From Bacteroidales bacterium (GTDB taxonomy: Bacteria; Bacteroidota; Bacteroidia; Bacteroidales; UBA12077), in NCBI GenBank assembly GCA_036351015.1, contig JAZBOG010000007.1:260363-324362 (forward strand): a stretch of DNA of 64,000 nt, read 5' to 3'. Below, piece by piece: positions 45,615-55,989 of this stretch (within the stretch, counting starts at the first letter, position 1; the number at the start of each line of letters is the position of its first letter). The position numbers were made by a program, and so were the translations under genes. The notes under the pieces were generated by a model. The model ran no database searches. It was not told the DNA's origin and saw only the letters and a program-made list of their open reading frames with translations.

Positions 45615-46676
45615 TTATTTTTTCTTCTCCTTTTTTGAGAACAACCTTAACAACCAGTTACGTTTAATAACTCCTGCTGCTTCTTCTATCTCTTCTGCAC
45701 TTTTATTGATACTGCTTACCGTAATTTGAACACTATCGGCAAACGCCGTATCAAAGAGTAATTTGGATATTAATCCCTGGCCTTCGTTAACCTGTAATGT
45801 AAGTTTTTCCAGGTTGTCTGTTATTGTTTTGGTTCGCTCGGTGGTATAAGCAAGGTTCTTTCCCGATTTGCTTAACGAGCTGGTAAAAGTTGTGTCGGTA
45901 AAAATTTCGCCAAATAATCCCTGTCCCTTCTTTACCTGATCGGTAATTGTTACCAGGTTATCCGTTGATGTCTTTAGGTTTATTCCAGCTTTTTCAACTT
46001 CTTTGGCAAGGGTGGTATCGGATAAAAGCAAGCCAATGGTTCCTTTTTCCTGATTTATTTTTTCTGTAATTGAGGCAAAGTTTTTGGTTAAATTAGCAGT
46101 ATTTTTGGCTATTGAGCTTAGGTTCTTGGAGAAATCTTCGTCGGCAAATATTTTTCCGAAAATTCCTTCGCCACGGTTTATTTTGTCGGTAATTTCAGCA
46201 ATATTCTCGGTGATCCTGGTTGTATTCTGACTCGATGTATTAATTTGTTTTAATATATTATCAATATTTACCACTTCGATGGTTTCCAGGTAATCTCCGC
46301 TTTCAACAATCTGTTCGTGACTGCTTCCGCTATAGATGTTTACAATTTTATTTCCCATAAGTCCTTCGGACCCAATTTCCATTTTTGAATCTTTCCGGAT
46401 AAATTTTCTTACATCATTCTGTACGGAGAGGTCAACCCTTACCAGTGAATCATTAATAATCTCCACTTTAGAGACAGTTCCGATATTGATTCCGGAAAAA
46501 CGGACATCATTACCTACTTTTAAACCGCTGATGTCATTAAATACCCCGCTGATGGTAAAGTTACGTCCGAAGATATTGCTTTGGTTACCGATATAATAGA
46601 TGGCCAGGATAAAGATTAGGGCACCTATCCCAACAAACATGCCTAGTTGAATATTATTTTTTCTTGTATTTCTCAT
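45615..46676 (-). CDS. MlaD/MCE family protein with repetitive C-terminal extension
   Basis: N-terminal transmembrane helix, an MCE domain (GLKVGNDVRFSGINIGTV), then four repeats of about 41-48 aa. Confidence 0.8.
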   Translation of the reverse strand: MRNTRKNNIQLGMFVGIGALIFILAIYYIGNQSNIFGRNFTISGVFNDISGLKVGNDVRFSGINIGTVSKVEIINDSLVRVDLSVQNDVRKFIRKDSKMEIGSEGLMGNKIVNIYSGSSHEQIVESGDYLETIEVVNIDNILKQINTSSQNTTRITENIAEITDKINRGEGIFGKIFADEDFSKNLSSIAKNTANLTKNFASITEKINQEKGTIGLLLSDTTLAKEVEKAGINLKTSTDNLVTITDQVKKGQGLFGEIFTDTTFTSSLSKSGKNLAYTTERTKTITDNLEKLTLQVNEGQGLISKLLFDTAFADSVQITVSSINKSAEEIEEAAGVIKRNWLLRLFSKKEKKK

Positions 46677-46688
46677 AGTTTACAGATT

Positions 46689-47459
46689 TTAGACGGTTAC
46701 AAAAAAAGCTTTGACCAATGGGTCATCGTTACTTTTCAGCTCGTGAAAGCTTCCTTCGGCATAAAAAACACCATCCTGAAGAATCAGTATCCGGTTCGAA
46801 GTTCTTTTTGCACATTCAAGGTCATGCGTAATAATGATAGATGATGCGTTGTATTTATTTTGAATGGTATTAATTAACTTCGTAATTTCCCGGGATGTAA
46901 GAGGATCCAAACCGGTCGTAGGTTCGTCGTAAAGAATTATTTCCGGTTTTAGAATAAGCGTTCGTGCCAGTCCTATCCTTTTCTGCATTCCCCCGGAAAG
47001 CTCGGCGGGCATTTTGTCGATAGCATCAGTTAAACCAACGTTTTCGAGGGCTTCATATACCAGGTGTTCAATTTCCTGTTTGTCGGTAATGATTTTATTT
47101 CTTCGTAAAGGAAATTCAAGGTTTTCACGCACACTGAGCGAATCGTAGAGTGCATTGTTTTGAAAAATGAATCCCACCCTTGTGCGTACTTCATTTAATT
47201 CTTTGCGATTCATTAGAGGGACTTCTTTACCGAATACTTTTACGGATCCCTGATCCGGTTCGATTAGTCCTACGAGACATTTTATCAGGACCGATTTACC
47301 TATTCCGGACTTGCCAAGGATAACCACATTTTCACTTTTTTTTACCCGCAGATTAATATCTTTTAAAATCATCTTTCCGTCAAAAGATTTCTGCAGATGT
47401 TCAATTACTATGACATCGTTATTTGTGCTGTTATTTCGTATGTTTGGATTGTTTTCCAT
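46689..47459 (-). CDS. ABC transporter ATP-binding protein (MlaF-like)
   Basis: Walker A GKSGIGKS, signature LSGGMQKR and Walker B ILYDEPT. Confidence 0.9.
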   Translation of the reverse strand: MENNPNIRNNSTNNDVIVIEHLQKSFDGKMILKDINLRVKKSENVVILGKSGIGKSVLIKCLVGLIEPDQGSVKVFGKEVPLMNRKELNEVRTRVGFIFQNNALYDSLSVRENLEFPLRRNKIITDKQEIEHLVYEALENVGLTDAIDKMPAELSGGMQKRIGLARTLILKPEIILYDEPTTGLDPLTSREITKLINTIQNKYNASSIIITHDLECAKRTSNRILILQDGVFYAEGSFHELKSNDDPLVKAFFVTV

Positions 47460-47460
47460 G

Positions 47461-48309
47461 TTAAATTGAAAAAATGTGTATGATTTCCGATAGCTGAACA
47501 GCTATTAAATCAATAATAAAAATAACCAGTGATGATATCACCACGGCAGAGTTTGCAGCCCGGCCGACACCTTCGGTTCCGTTGTTGGAGTAATAGCCTT
47601 TATAACATCCGATAATCCCGATTGCAAATCCAAAGAAAAATGTTTTTATGGTTGCCGGAATAATATCGAAATAGTGCAGGGGATCAAATGCCTGGGTAAT
47701 AAAAAGTTTTAACGAGATGAATCCATGCATATTTACAGCTACATATGAGCCGTAAAAAGAGATTGCATCCGAATAAAAAACCAGGATAGGGATCATAAAG
47801 GTAGTAGCCAAAACACGGGTAACCACCAGATATTTTATAGGATTGGTCCCGGAGACTTCCATGGCATCAATCTGCTCGGTTACCCTCATAGAGCCCAGTT
47901 CTGCTCCAATGCCTGAGCCTATCTTACCGGCGCAGATTAAAGCTGTAATTACCGGCCCAATTTCCCTGACAATGGATACTGAGACCATGCCGGGAAGCCA
48001 TGATTCGGCCCCAAAATCAACCAATACCGGTCGCGACTGGAGGGTAAGTACCAACCCCATGATAAATGCAGTAATACTGATTAAAGGTAAGGTGCTTAAT
48101 CCCATCCGGGAAGATTGTCTGATAAACTCCTTGATTTCGAATGGATAGCTAAATAGTTCCCTGAAAAAACCAGCAGTGAAACGGCTTAATCCACCCAACT
48201 CCAGTAAAAAGTCTTGTATCCACGATGGAGTATCGGGTGGTACTCCCGGAATATTCTTTTTTTGTTTCGGTTGAATGCGTTTAAAAATATTTGTAAAATA
48301 TTTTTTCAT
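47461..48309 (-). CDS. MlaE family ABC transporter permease
   Basis: Polytopic membrane protein with MlaE-like conserved stretches (REIGPVITALI, GAELGSMRVTEQIDA). It ends 2 nt before the ATPase gene. Confidence 0.85.
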   Translation of the reverse strand: MKKYFTNIFKRIQPKQKKNIPGVPPDTPSWIQDFLLELGGLSRFTAGFFRELFSYPFEIKEFIRQSSRMGLSTLPLISITAFIMGLVLTLQSRPVLVDFGAESWLPGMVSVSIVREIGPVITALICAGKIGSGIGAELGSMRVTEQIDAMEVSGTNPIKYLVVTRVLATTFMIPILVFYSDAISFYGSYVAVNMHGFISLKLFITQAFDPLHYFDIIPATIKTFFFGFAIGIIGCYKGYYSNNGTEGVGRAANSAVVISSLVIFIIDLIAVQLSEIIHIFSI

Positions 48310-48415
48310 ATTTCACAATCACCTCATGTTAATTTAGGTGAAAGAAAGGTACAAATATTTGTTGTAAAAAACTACCCTTCGAGCGATGTGAAATTAATGA
48401 TGACCAGGTATAAAC

Positions 48416-48745
48416 TTATTCAAACATTAAGGAATAAGGGCGTTTAAGTTCATTTTTTAATTCTTCAAGCCCGATATTTCTGCTTTTGCGGAAGAACTCT
48501 TTTCCATCAAAAAAAATGATCAGGGTAGGTACGGTAAAAATCGAATTTTGAGCTGCAATTTGAGGGTAATGTTCGGTATCGCAATAATACATCTCCAGGT
48601 GAGGAAAATATTCATTAAGTAATTGATGAACTTTAGGTTTTAATACTTTACACACATTGCACTTGTCGTGCGAAAAATAGACCAAACAACCTTTCTGATT
48701 CCTGGCCGTCGCTAACTGATCAAGACTGGTAATGTTTTTTATCAT
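48416..48745 (-). CDS. Thioredoxin-fold family protein
   Basis: CNVC (CxxC) motif in YFSHDKCNVCKVL. 109 aa, with cis-Pro-type TVPT. Confidence 0.7.
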   Translation of the reverse strand: MIKNITSLDQLATARNQKGCLVYFSHDKCNVCKVLKPKVHQLLNEYFPHLEMYYCDTEHYPQIAAQNSIFTVPTLIIFFDGKEFFRKSRNIGLEELKNELKRPYSLMFE

Positions 48746-49104
48746 TAGTAATGGTTATTGTTTAACATGATCAGGGTACATGCAATACATACTTCGATAT
48801 CGTTTTTCATCGCCAGCTCAACAAGTTCCTGGTTCTCAGAGCCCGGATTAAAAATAATCCGTTTAGGGTTAAGGCTTAAAATATAATCGTAATATTCTTT
48901 TTGATTTCGAGGATTTAAGTAGATCGTAACCGTATGTACATCTTTAATTTTAGGTTTGCCAACAATAATTTCCTGCCACATAATATCTCCCTCACGGATA
49001 CCTATGGGGATAACTTCGTGGCCATGTCTGATTAAACTCTTAACTGCTTTATGGGAGAATCTTATAGGATTAGGGCTTGCACCCAGTACAATTGTTTTTT
49101 TCAT
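48745..49104 (-). CDS. CoA-binding domain protein (YccU-like)
   Basis: KTIVLGASPNPIRFSHKAV...GHEVIPIG pattern. 119 aa. Its stop overlaps the thioredoxin-fold gene start (TAATG). Confidence 0.7.
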   Translation of the reverse strand: MKKTIVLGASPNPIRFSHKAVKSLIRHGHEVIPIGIREGDIMWQEIIVGKPKIKDVHTVTIYLNPRNQKEYYDYILSLNPKRIIFNPGSENQELVELAMKNDIEVCIACTLIMLNNNHY

Positions 49105-49212
49105 GGGTTTTATGCTTTCTTATTTTGATATAACTAATTGATTAATTGAATTTTATCAAAATGTTGTACAACGGAAAGATATAAAAAAATTGGGAATAAT
49201 AAAAACGATGTA

Positions 49213-49695
49213 TCAGGATGTCCTTTCAATAAGAACCGTGGCATGTGCCGCGACTCCTTTTTCTTCACCAACAAAACCCAACTTTTCAGTAGTTGTGGCC
49301 TTGACCGATAATTTATTTTCATCCACGGAAAGGGTCCTGGCCAGGGTTGAAATCATGGCGGGGATATATTGCTTAATCTTAGGACTTTGTAAACAGATGG
49401 TTGAATCGATATTTACCAGGGAGTAGCCATGCTTTGCCAGGATTTGTATTGTTTTTTTTAATAAAATTTTACTATCGATGTTATGATATTGTGGATCATT
49501 ATCAGGGAAGTGAAATCCGATATCGCGGAGGGCGGCAGCCCCTAAGAGTGCATCACAGATTGCATGAATCAATACATCCCCGTCGGAGTGGGCAGCACAG
49601 CCTTTAGGATGGGGGATATGGATTCCTCCAAGGGTTAATTTGCGGCCTTCTTCCAGGCGGTGTACATCATAACCGTAACCAATGCGAAAATTCAT
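49213..49695 (-). CDS. ispF: 2-C-methyl-D-erythritol 2,4-cyclodiphosphate synthase
   Basis: RIGYGYDVHRL...GHSDGDVLIHAICDALLGA motifs. The start was set to the ATG at 49695, because the track extension to 49821 overlaps the porV 3' end. Confidence 0.9.
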   Translation of the reverse strand: MNFRIGYGYDVHRLEEGRKLTLGGIHIPHPKGCAAHSDGDVLIHAICDALLGAAALRDIGFHFPDNDPQYHNIDSKILLKKTIQILAKHGYSLVNIDSTICLQSPKIKQYIPAMISTLARTLSVDENKLSVKATTTEKLGFVGEEKGVAAHATVLIERTS

Positions 49696-49699
49696 GGGA

Positions 49700-50878
49700 T
49701 TAATTATTTTGTTGTTCTCTAAATGCCTGAAAATCCAATCCCAGGGTAAACCGAACCGTGTTTGCCAGGGGGTTATTTTGTTTAAGCGGGATAAGATAAG
49801 AAAAATCAATGGTGAAAACATTTAACCTTAATCCGGCACCTACTGTAAAATATTTTCTGTTTCCTTTGGTTTGATGTTCGTGAAAATATCCGGCACGGAC
49901 TGCAAACTGGTTAGCATACCAATATTCGGCCCCAACATTATATTTCAGTTCATGCAATTCTTCTTCCCATCCTCCGGGGGCGTCATAAAAGGATTGAATC
50001 ATCCCTTCGGCAACGGACACATCCGGACTTTTTCCAAAGAGGATGCTGTCATTCAAATACTCGGGGGGAGTAGGAACCAGAAACTTATTCAGGTCAAAGG
50101 CAATAGTCAGCGAGTTATAATCATCGATATCGTATGCTAAAGCGGTACCAATTTTTAGGTTAGCCGGTAAAAAGTCTTTGGCAATTTCGGTATAGGATAT
50201 TTTTGATCCGATATTCGAGATGTTGATTCCTGCAGACCAGGTAGCATCCTGGTTGTTAAGTTTCAGGTCATCGTTAACATAATACATCGAGATGTCTGCA
50301 GCCACTGCGTTTCCTGCTTTGGTTTCCATATCGCCAACCAGTGCGCCTCCGGTAATATCCGAACGGATATAACGAAAAGCAATACCCCCTGAAATTTTCT
50401 CTGAGAAACTTCTGGCATAGGCTACATCAATAGATAATTCGTAGGGTGAATGTTGTCCGTTATATTCACCGGTTTCGCTGGTAAACTGAATATCCCCAAG
50501 GTCGAAATAAAGCATGGTGGCTGCGAAGGTCTGGACCTTGTCAATTTTTTTATAGAAGGATACATAGCCCAGGTTAATGTCATTTACTAAATTTCTTAAC
50601 CAGGGAGTATACGAAGCAGCAACGCCCATATCGCTGTCGATAAAAGCATATTTTGCAGGATTCCAGTGCATGGAGTTGTAATCGGGCGAGGTGGCTACTC
50701 CCACATCCCCCATTGCACCGGCACGTGAATCGGGTGCGATGGTTAAAAACGAGGCTGAATATTCTAAAGGATTATTGGAACCTACCAGGTCTCTTTCTGT
50801 AATTTCGTTATCATTCTGTGCATAGCCTGTAGTTGATAAAAACATCAGCAGGCTTCCCCATAAAATCAATTTTTTCAT
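49700..50878 (-). CDS. porV: Type IX secretion system outer membrane protein PorV (LptO)
   Basis: Signal peptide and SASFLTIAPDSRAGAMGDVGVATSPD...HWNPAKYAF, characteristic of PorV. It lies directly downstream of porU. Confidence 0.85.
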   Translation of the reverse strand: MKKLILWGSLLMFLSTTGYAQNDNEITERDLVGSNNPLEYSASFLTIAPDSRAGAMGDVGVATSPDYNSMHWNPAKYAFIDSDMGVAASYTPWLRNLVNDINLGYVSFYKKIDKVQTFAATMLYFDLGDIQFTSETGEYNGQHSPYELSIDVAYARSFSEKISGGIAFRYIRSDITGGALVGDMETKAGNAVAADISMYYVNDDLKLNNQDATWSAGINISNIGSKISYTEIAKDFLPANLKIGTALAYDIDDYNSLTIAFDLNKFLVPTPPEYLNDSILFGKSPDVSVAEGMIQSFYDAPGGWEEELHELKYNVGAEYWYANQFAVRAGYFHEHQTKGNRKYFTVGAGLRLNVFTIDFSYLIPLKQNNPLANTVRFTLGLDFQAFREQQNN

Positions 50879-50979
50879 TCGAATGTAATTTTGTCCAAGG
50901 TTATTTTAAAACGGTTATCAGTATTTTTTAATTAGTTCTTTTAAGTTGAGGTTTGCAAATATAAAATTTATTAATCAAT

Positions 50980-53900
50980 TTATTTTAGTAGTACAAGCTT
51001 TTCAATTTTTGTTACAGTTTCTCCGCTTGGTGTTTTTATTTTTAACTGGTAAATATAGACTCCACGGCCCAACCGATCACCAAAATCATCCAGCCCATCC
51101 CAAACTATAGGATCAGAACGGAATCCATTGGAATTTATTGTAGCATGGATTGTTTTTACCAACTTACCGGTAACGGTAAAAACCTGTATCATCGTTTCCA
51201 GCATTTCATTGGGGCGGTTGTGATCAAAATAGAAAGCAGTTTGTTCGGTAAAGGGGTTGGGGTAGTTGAGTAAATTTTTGATAGCCAGGTTTTCCGATTC
51301 GGCAACGATAAAATCCAGCAACTCTTCAGACGAATTATTATAAACATCCCATACTTTAAGTTTAAGCTGATGATCACCCTCTTCGAGTTTATTAAATAGA
51401 TATTCAATTTTCCCTTTTTGATAATCATCTACATCCGATTCGTAATAATCATTTAACACCAGCACATCACTGGTATTATTATCTAGAATTGCTGTAATAT
51501 CATGACCAATGCCATAACCAACGGTATTAATCCCGCTGCTGTCGGATAAAATAGCATACAATACCGGGTTTTGATCAGTAATTCCACCGGACACAAAGCT
51601 CTCATCATTCATATACAGTTTAATATCAGGACCTGTATTATCTATTGGAGCAGAGTTATTCGTTCCTCCAATAATAAAATCATTAAAATAACCTTTAGCG
51701 TCGGAGGTTGAACTCAGTGAATAATAGCTGATTTTTCCGCGATCAAAATTGTAGGAGATATCTTTTGGAACAACAAAGCTAAACTTAAACAGCCCGTTCA
51801 CGACACTGGCTTTCCCCTTGTATAGAATATTATTTTGGGTTTGAAAATCCATGGGAATTCCGCCATCATTTCCTAACGTGGTAACCGTTCTTTTTTTATC
51901 TAAAACCAGGGGATAGACTAACCCATTAAATCCTTGAAAAACATCCAGGGTTTCATCGGCAATATGGCCATGGATCGTGACCTTACTAAGTGCTTTTAAC
52001 GTATCGGTGTAATTCAATACATCCCGGTGATTAATAGAATCTGTAATAATGGTATATTTTGCCAGGGGTAGTTTTAATGCAGGGTCACCCAATAAGGTAA
52101 AGTTTCGTTTATTATTTTCTGTTCCTGAGTTTATTTTTGCCAGTCGCATAACATCGCCCAGGGTATGATAATTATTATCGGTATCTTTTTCGAACACATG
52201 ATCAAAGAAGTTTTTATTTAAGGTATAGTTGGGGCTTGAATATACCAGTCGTGTGGTAGAAAATAAAGCAATCCCGCCGCCATTTGGATTAAGCAATACC
52301 CGTTCGCCGGCTGAAACATATTTATGGTTATCAAACCGGCTAAATTCGCAGGTGGCTGTCATAAATATGGCTAGTTTGTCTTTGTTTTTCCAGGAGTTGA
52401 TGTTGTCGATGGTTAATATCCTTTCGTGCGCTAACCCATTTTCTCCTCCATGCCCGGTATAATTAAAGATTAGTACTCCGTTATTAATTTGTTCGTTGAT
52501 CAATCGGTTTACTTCAGGATAACTTTCGCTAACAGCGGTCATCTGTTGAGGATAAGCATCCAGGTATAGTTTATTGATAAAGAAATGAGGATAGGTGGAA
52601 TCCACCTGAACGGCAATACGGTCAGCATCTCGCATATGGATGTTATTATCTTCATCATCACCAACAAAACAAAGGGTATTAATCCAGTCTCCTTTGCTAT
52701 TGAAATCAGTGTATCTATAAATTTTATCAACCATTTGTTGAGCTTCCTGCACAGACTTTACCGGCAACCGGCCTATTCCAATATCTATTAATCCTGAGTT
52801 TGATAGTTCAATATGATCGGTAGCATCAAGCAATCCAAAGAAGTCATCGGTTACAAAGGAGGAGGTAGGGGTTAATGAGTTTTGTGACTGGTAGGTCATT
52901 ACATAGTTTATATTGTCAGCGGTAATGGACTTATGGTCAAATGAACCATCCCCAAAAAGAAGAAGATATTTAAGCGTATCGGCAGGGGTTGCTCTTTGGT
53001 AGATCATCCGTATAAAATTTCTAATGGCTGCTGCATCGGGTGCACCACTCGAAAATTCATTAAAAATTTGTTCCGGTGTTACCATGGCGATTGATAATCC
53101 ATCTTGTGAAGCATGTAAATCGGCAATACTTTGAGCCTGGCTTATAAAATCAGGATGCGTAACAATGATCATGTCATGATGTCCCAGGGCATGTAAATTT
53201 TGATTGGGAACATTACCCACCGCTTCAGGCGTATATAGTTTCGCTGTATTAAAAGCAACAAACTCATTCAACCCGGGTTCTACATCCACTTTTATGGAGA
53301 TTATGTTCGAAGCGATTGTTTGAGTTTCTATATTCTTAACTTGTGTTGGGGCGGTTACTTCCCATACTTTCGTGGCTGAAGAGGCATTTTCAATCCGAAA
53401 TTCAATGGTTTGATTAACCGCTTCGGGGTTATAGTATCTAAAGTTGAGTTGGTCATTCGATAAGTATAGTTCTCTTTGAGCATTAAGGGTAATAAAATCG
53501 AGCCATCCCTTTGCCGATGCCGAGGGTTTATTATAACTCATATCAACCGAGAAATTATCATTATTGCTAAAAAAATCTCCCTGAGTAACATTCCGAATGG
53601 CATAGGTAGATGTATATGAACTCATATTTACAGCATTAAACACAGGAGTTGCAATAGTCTGTGTTCCCGATTGGATGGTAAATGAAGAGTTGGATGAAGC
53701 ACGGGCTGCCAGGGCTGTTTTTATTTTAACCGGTTCTGACGGAACAAGGTTGGGGAAGCTAAAGTCGAAAGTGTAGTTTGTGGTTACATCAAAAGTTTCG
53801 CCAAACCATAGCTGTCCGGATTCTATTAAGTTTTTAAGATCATTTTCATAATGAATATAATCCGGAAAGGAGGTTATGATATCACTTGGGGGTTGCGCTG

Positions 53901-54801
53901 AGCCAGTGGTTATAATCTCGTTATTGGGTTCGGTGGTTGAAGTTAAAAAAAGGTAATTGTCATCGGAGTAGATATGATTTATACATGAATAAAAATCCAT
54001 GGTTTCATCATAAATCCATTCGTCAGGACCTTTTGCATAGAACAGGATATAATCACCCTGATTAAAAATCCCATCACTTCCTTTCTCAAAATAGATCGCG
54101 TTGGATTCCAGATCATCCTGGCTTTCAGCTGTATTCGAAAGGGGTAACATTCCACGGGAGTTTCCAAAAATTTTTACTCCTGCCGGGTTTTCAATTCCAA
54201 GGTTTAACAGTTCACTATAGGTCAATCTATAGACCCCGTTCTTGCTGATTTTTATCTTTTCCCAGTTTCCGCTTCTTAAAACAGATTGACTGACAAATGC
54301 TTTTGGTGCCTTTTTCCCTGCTTTTAAATCACTTACTCCTTTGGTAATTTCCAGTTGAAAAGAAATCAGCTTTTCCAATTGGTTATTGTTGCGGTTCTTT
54401 CTTAAGGGTAATAAATTAAATTGTAAGAAATACTGATTACGTGAAGTCCTGATTTCCGATTTATACTCAATTTTTTCGGGGACCGAATCGGGAAATTGTA
54501 AATGGGTTAACTCCTCTTTGGATAAGGTTTCAAATTGTAAGTTCGTGATCCTGAATTTGACCTCCGGGTTATTTACATGAATTATCTCAAAATAATAGGG
54601 GAGCAGGGTATTATGATTATAATAGCGGGCATCTTCAAAAAAAAGAAATCTTTTGGTATCCAGGTTTTTCTGGGTGATATCATAGTATTGAGAAATTTCC
54701 TGTGGTTTTTCCCATGGAATTCTTCGTTTTAAAACAATATTCTGTGCTATGGATTGGTAGTAGGGAAAAAATAAAAGGAAGAATAGGAGTGTTCTTTTCA
54801 T
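50980..54801 (-). CDS. porU: Type IX secretion system C-terminal signal peptidase/sortase PorU (C25-like)
   Basis: 1273 aa with a gingipain-like peptidase core (…YTGHGGENGLAHE…FMTATCEFSRFD…). It carries its own T9SS C-terminal domain (NYPNPFTEQTAFYF...GVYIYQLKI...LVLLK). It is adjacent to porV. Confidence 0.8.
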   Translation of the reverse strand: MKRTLLFFLLFFPYYQSIAQNIVLKRRIPWEKPQEISQYYDITQKNLDTKRFLFFEDARYYNHNTLLPYYFEIIHVNNPEVKFRITNLQFETLSKEELTHLQFPDSVPEKIEYKSEIRTSRNQYFLQFNLLPLRKNRNNNQLEKLISFQLEITKGVSDLKAGKKAPKAFVSQSVLRSGNWEKIKISKNGVYRLTYSELLNLGIENPAGVKIFGNSRGMLPLSNTAESQDDLESNAIYFEKGSDGIFNQGDYILFYAKGPDEWIYDETMDFYSCINHIYSDDNYLFLTSTTEPNNEIITTGSAQPPSDIITSFPDYIHYENDLKNLIESGQLWFGETFDVTTNYTFDFSFPNLVPSEPVKIKTALAARASSNSSFTIQSGTQTIATPVFNAVNMSSYTSTYAIRNVTQGDFFSNNDNFSVDMSYNKPSASAKGWLDFITLNAQRELYLSNDQLNFRYYNPEAVNQTIEFRIENASSATKVWEVTAPTQVKNIETQTIASNIISIKVDVEPGLNEFVAFNTAKLYTPEAVGNVPNQNLHALGHHDMIIVTHPDFISQAQSIADLHASQDGLSIAMVTPEQIFNEFSSGAPDAAAIRNFIRMIYQRATPADTLKYLLLFGDGSFDHKSITADNINYVMTYQSQNSLTPTSSFVTDDFFGLLDATDHIELSNSGLIDIGIGRLPVKSVQEAQQMVDKIYRYTDFNSKGDWINTLCFVGDDEDNNIHMRDADRIAVQVDSTYPHFFINKLYLDAYPQQMTAVSESYPEVNRLINEQINNGVLIFNYTGHGGENGLAHERILTIDNINSWKNKDKLAIFMTATCEFSRFDNHKYVSAGERVLLNPNGGGIALFSTTRLVYSSPNYTLNKNFFDHVFEKDTDNNYHTLGDVMRLAKINSGTENNKRNFTLLGDPALKLPLAKYTIITDSINHRDVLNYTDTLKALSKVTIHGHIADETLDVFQGFNGLVYPLVLDKKRTVTTLGNDGGIPMDFQTQNNILYKGKASVVNGLFKFSFVVPKDISYNFDRGKISYYSLSSTSDAKGYFNDFIIGGTNNSAPIDNTGPDIKLYMNDESFVSGGITDQNPVLYAILSDSSGINTVGYGIGHDITAILDNNTSDVLVLNDYYESDVDDYQKGKIEYLFNKLEEGDHQLKLKVWDVYNNSSEELLDFIVAESENLAIKNLLNYPNPFTEQTAFYFDHNRPNEMLETMIQVFTVTGKLVKTIHATINSNGFRSDPIVWDGLDDFGDRLGRGVYIYQLKIKTPSGETVTKIEKLVLLK

Positions 54802-54830
54802 CAGACTTTATTATTTTTATACAAATAAAC

Positions 54831-54859
54831 AAAACTTTATTGAAAAGGATTAAAGTTTT
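54831..54859. repeat. Perfect 9-bp inverted repeat AAAACTTTA / TAAAGTTTT, 11-nt spacer
   Basis: Read directly from the sequence. It lies in the divergent porU / porP-family promoter region. Confidence 0.85.
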
Positions 54860-54977
54860 ATTTTATGGATTCTTACAACCAGGTAATATAAAATTTAAAT
54901 TCTCGTTATTTGCTTGGCTTAAGAATAAACGATCAAATATTTTTTATTATTGTAACGTGTATTAGATTAATGGCTGA

Positions 54978-55919
54978 ATGAAAAAAGGATTGTATATCTT
55001 TCTATTTCTTTTAATCTGTCAAACCGGGTTTTCCCAGGACGTTGAATTTTCGCAGTATTATGCCAATCCGCTCTACTTAAACCCTGCTTTTGCCGGTTCC
55101 GAGGAGTATACTCGTATAGCCTTAAATTATCGTACTTTAATGCCTGTATCCTTTGGCGATTATTCAACGTATAGTGTGTCTGTGGATAAATATATTAAAG
55201 ACCTGAGCGGAGGAGTTGGTTTACAGGTTATGAATGATCGTCAGGCCCAGGGAGTAGTTAATGAACTGGGAATAAATCTGATTTATGCCTATAATTTTCG
55301 AATTAATCACGAATGGACTGTTAATGCAGGCTTAAAGACAGTCTATCAGATGAATACAGTAGATGCAAGAAAACTTTCAATGACAGACCCGGAAAGCGGG
55401 TTGTATAAAAGCTCTATGTTTTTTGATTTTTCGGCCGGAATTCTAAGCTGGTATCAAAATATTTTTGTTGGTTTTGCTGTCGATCATCTTACCAGGCCTG
55501 TAATTTCCCTGGGTACTTCTGAACCGGGTGTGATTGGACGAAAATATACCTTCCATGGCGGGATGGAAATACCGTTTTATAATAGCTTGCATAGAGTGCA
55601 TATGACTTTATCCCCCAATATTATTTATCAGCATCAAAATGCCTCTTCAAAACTTAATTTAGGATTATATTTAGCGAAAGAGAATTTTACCAGCGGTTTA
55701 TGGATAAAAACAAATAAAAATTTTCAATGGTTAGGGACTATTTTAATGTTTGGCTATCTGGCTGATAATGTAATGTTTGCGTATAGCTATGATGTTCCAT
55801 TCAATTTTAATCATTCCGAAGGGATAATTTCGGGGGCCCATGAGGTAACTTTTTTGTACTTTTTTAAGTATAAAAGCAAGAAGAGAAAAATTAAGGCAAT
55901 AAAATGTCCAAGATTTTAG
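54978..55919 (+). CDS. PorP/SprF family type IX secretion system membrane protein
   Basis: Signal peptide followed by QDVEFSQYYANPLYLNPAFAGS, the family hallmark. About 313 aa, beta-barrel-like. Confidence 0.85.
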   Translation: MKKGLYIFLFLLICQTGFSQDVEFSQYYANPLYLNPAFAGSEEYTRIALNYRTLMPVSFGDYSTYSVSVDKYIKDLSGGVGLQVMNDRQAQGVVNELGINLIYAYNFRINHEWTVNAGLKTVYQMNTVDARKLSMTDPESGLYKSSMFFDFSAGILSWYQNIFVGFAVDHLTRPVISLGTSEPGVIGRKYTFHGGMEIPFYNSLHRVHMTLSPNIIYQHQNASSKLNLGLYLAKENFTSGLWIKTNKNFQWLGTILMFGYLADNVMFAYSYDVPFNFNHSEGIISGAHEVTFLYFFKYKSKKRKIKAIKCPRF

Positions 55920-55989
55920 TTATATTTGTGTTAAAACTTGTTTTGTAAACTATAAAAATTATTATATTTGACTAAAAAATTAGAATACC

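Noticed and set aside
49213-49821. Track version of ispF extended to 202 aa, overlapping porV by about 120 nt.
   Set aside because: The extension (MFSPLIFLILSRLNK...) has no similarity to IspF. The canonical IspF N-terminus (MNFRIGYGYDVHRL) begins at the ATG at 49695, 5 nt from the porV stop.
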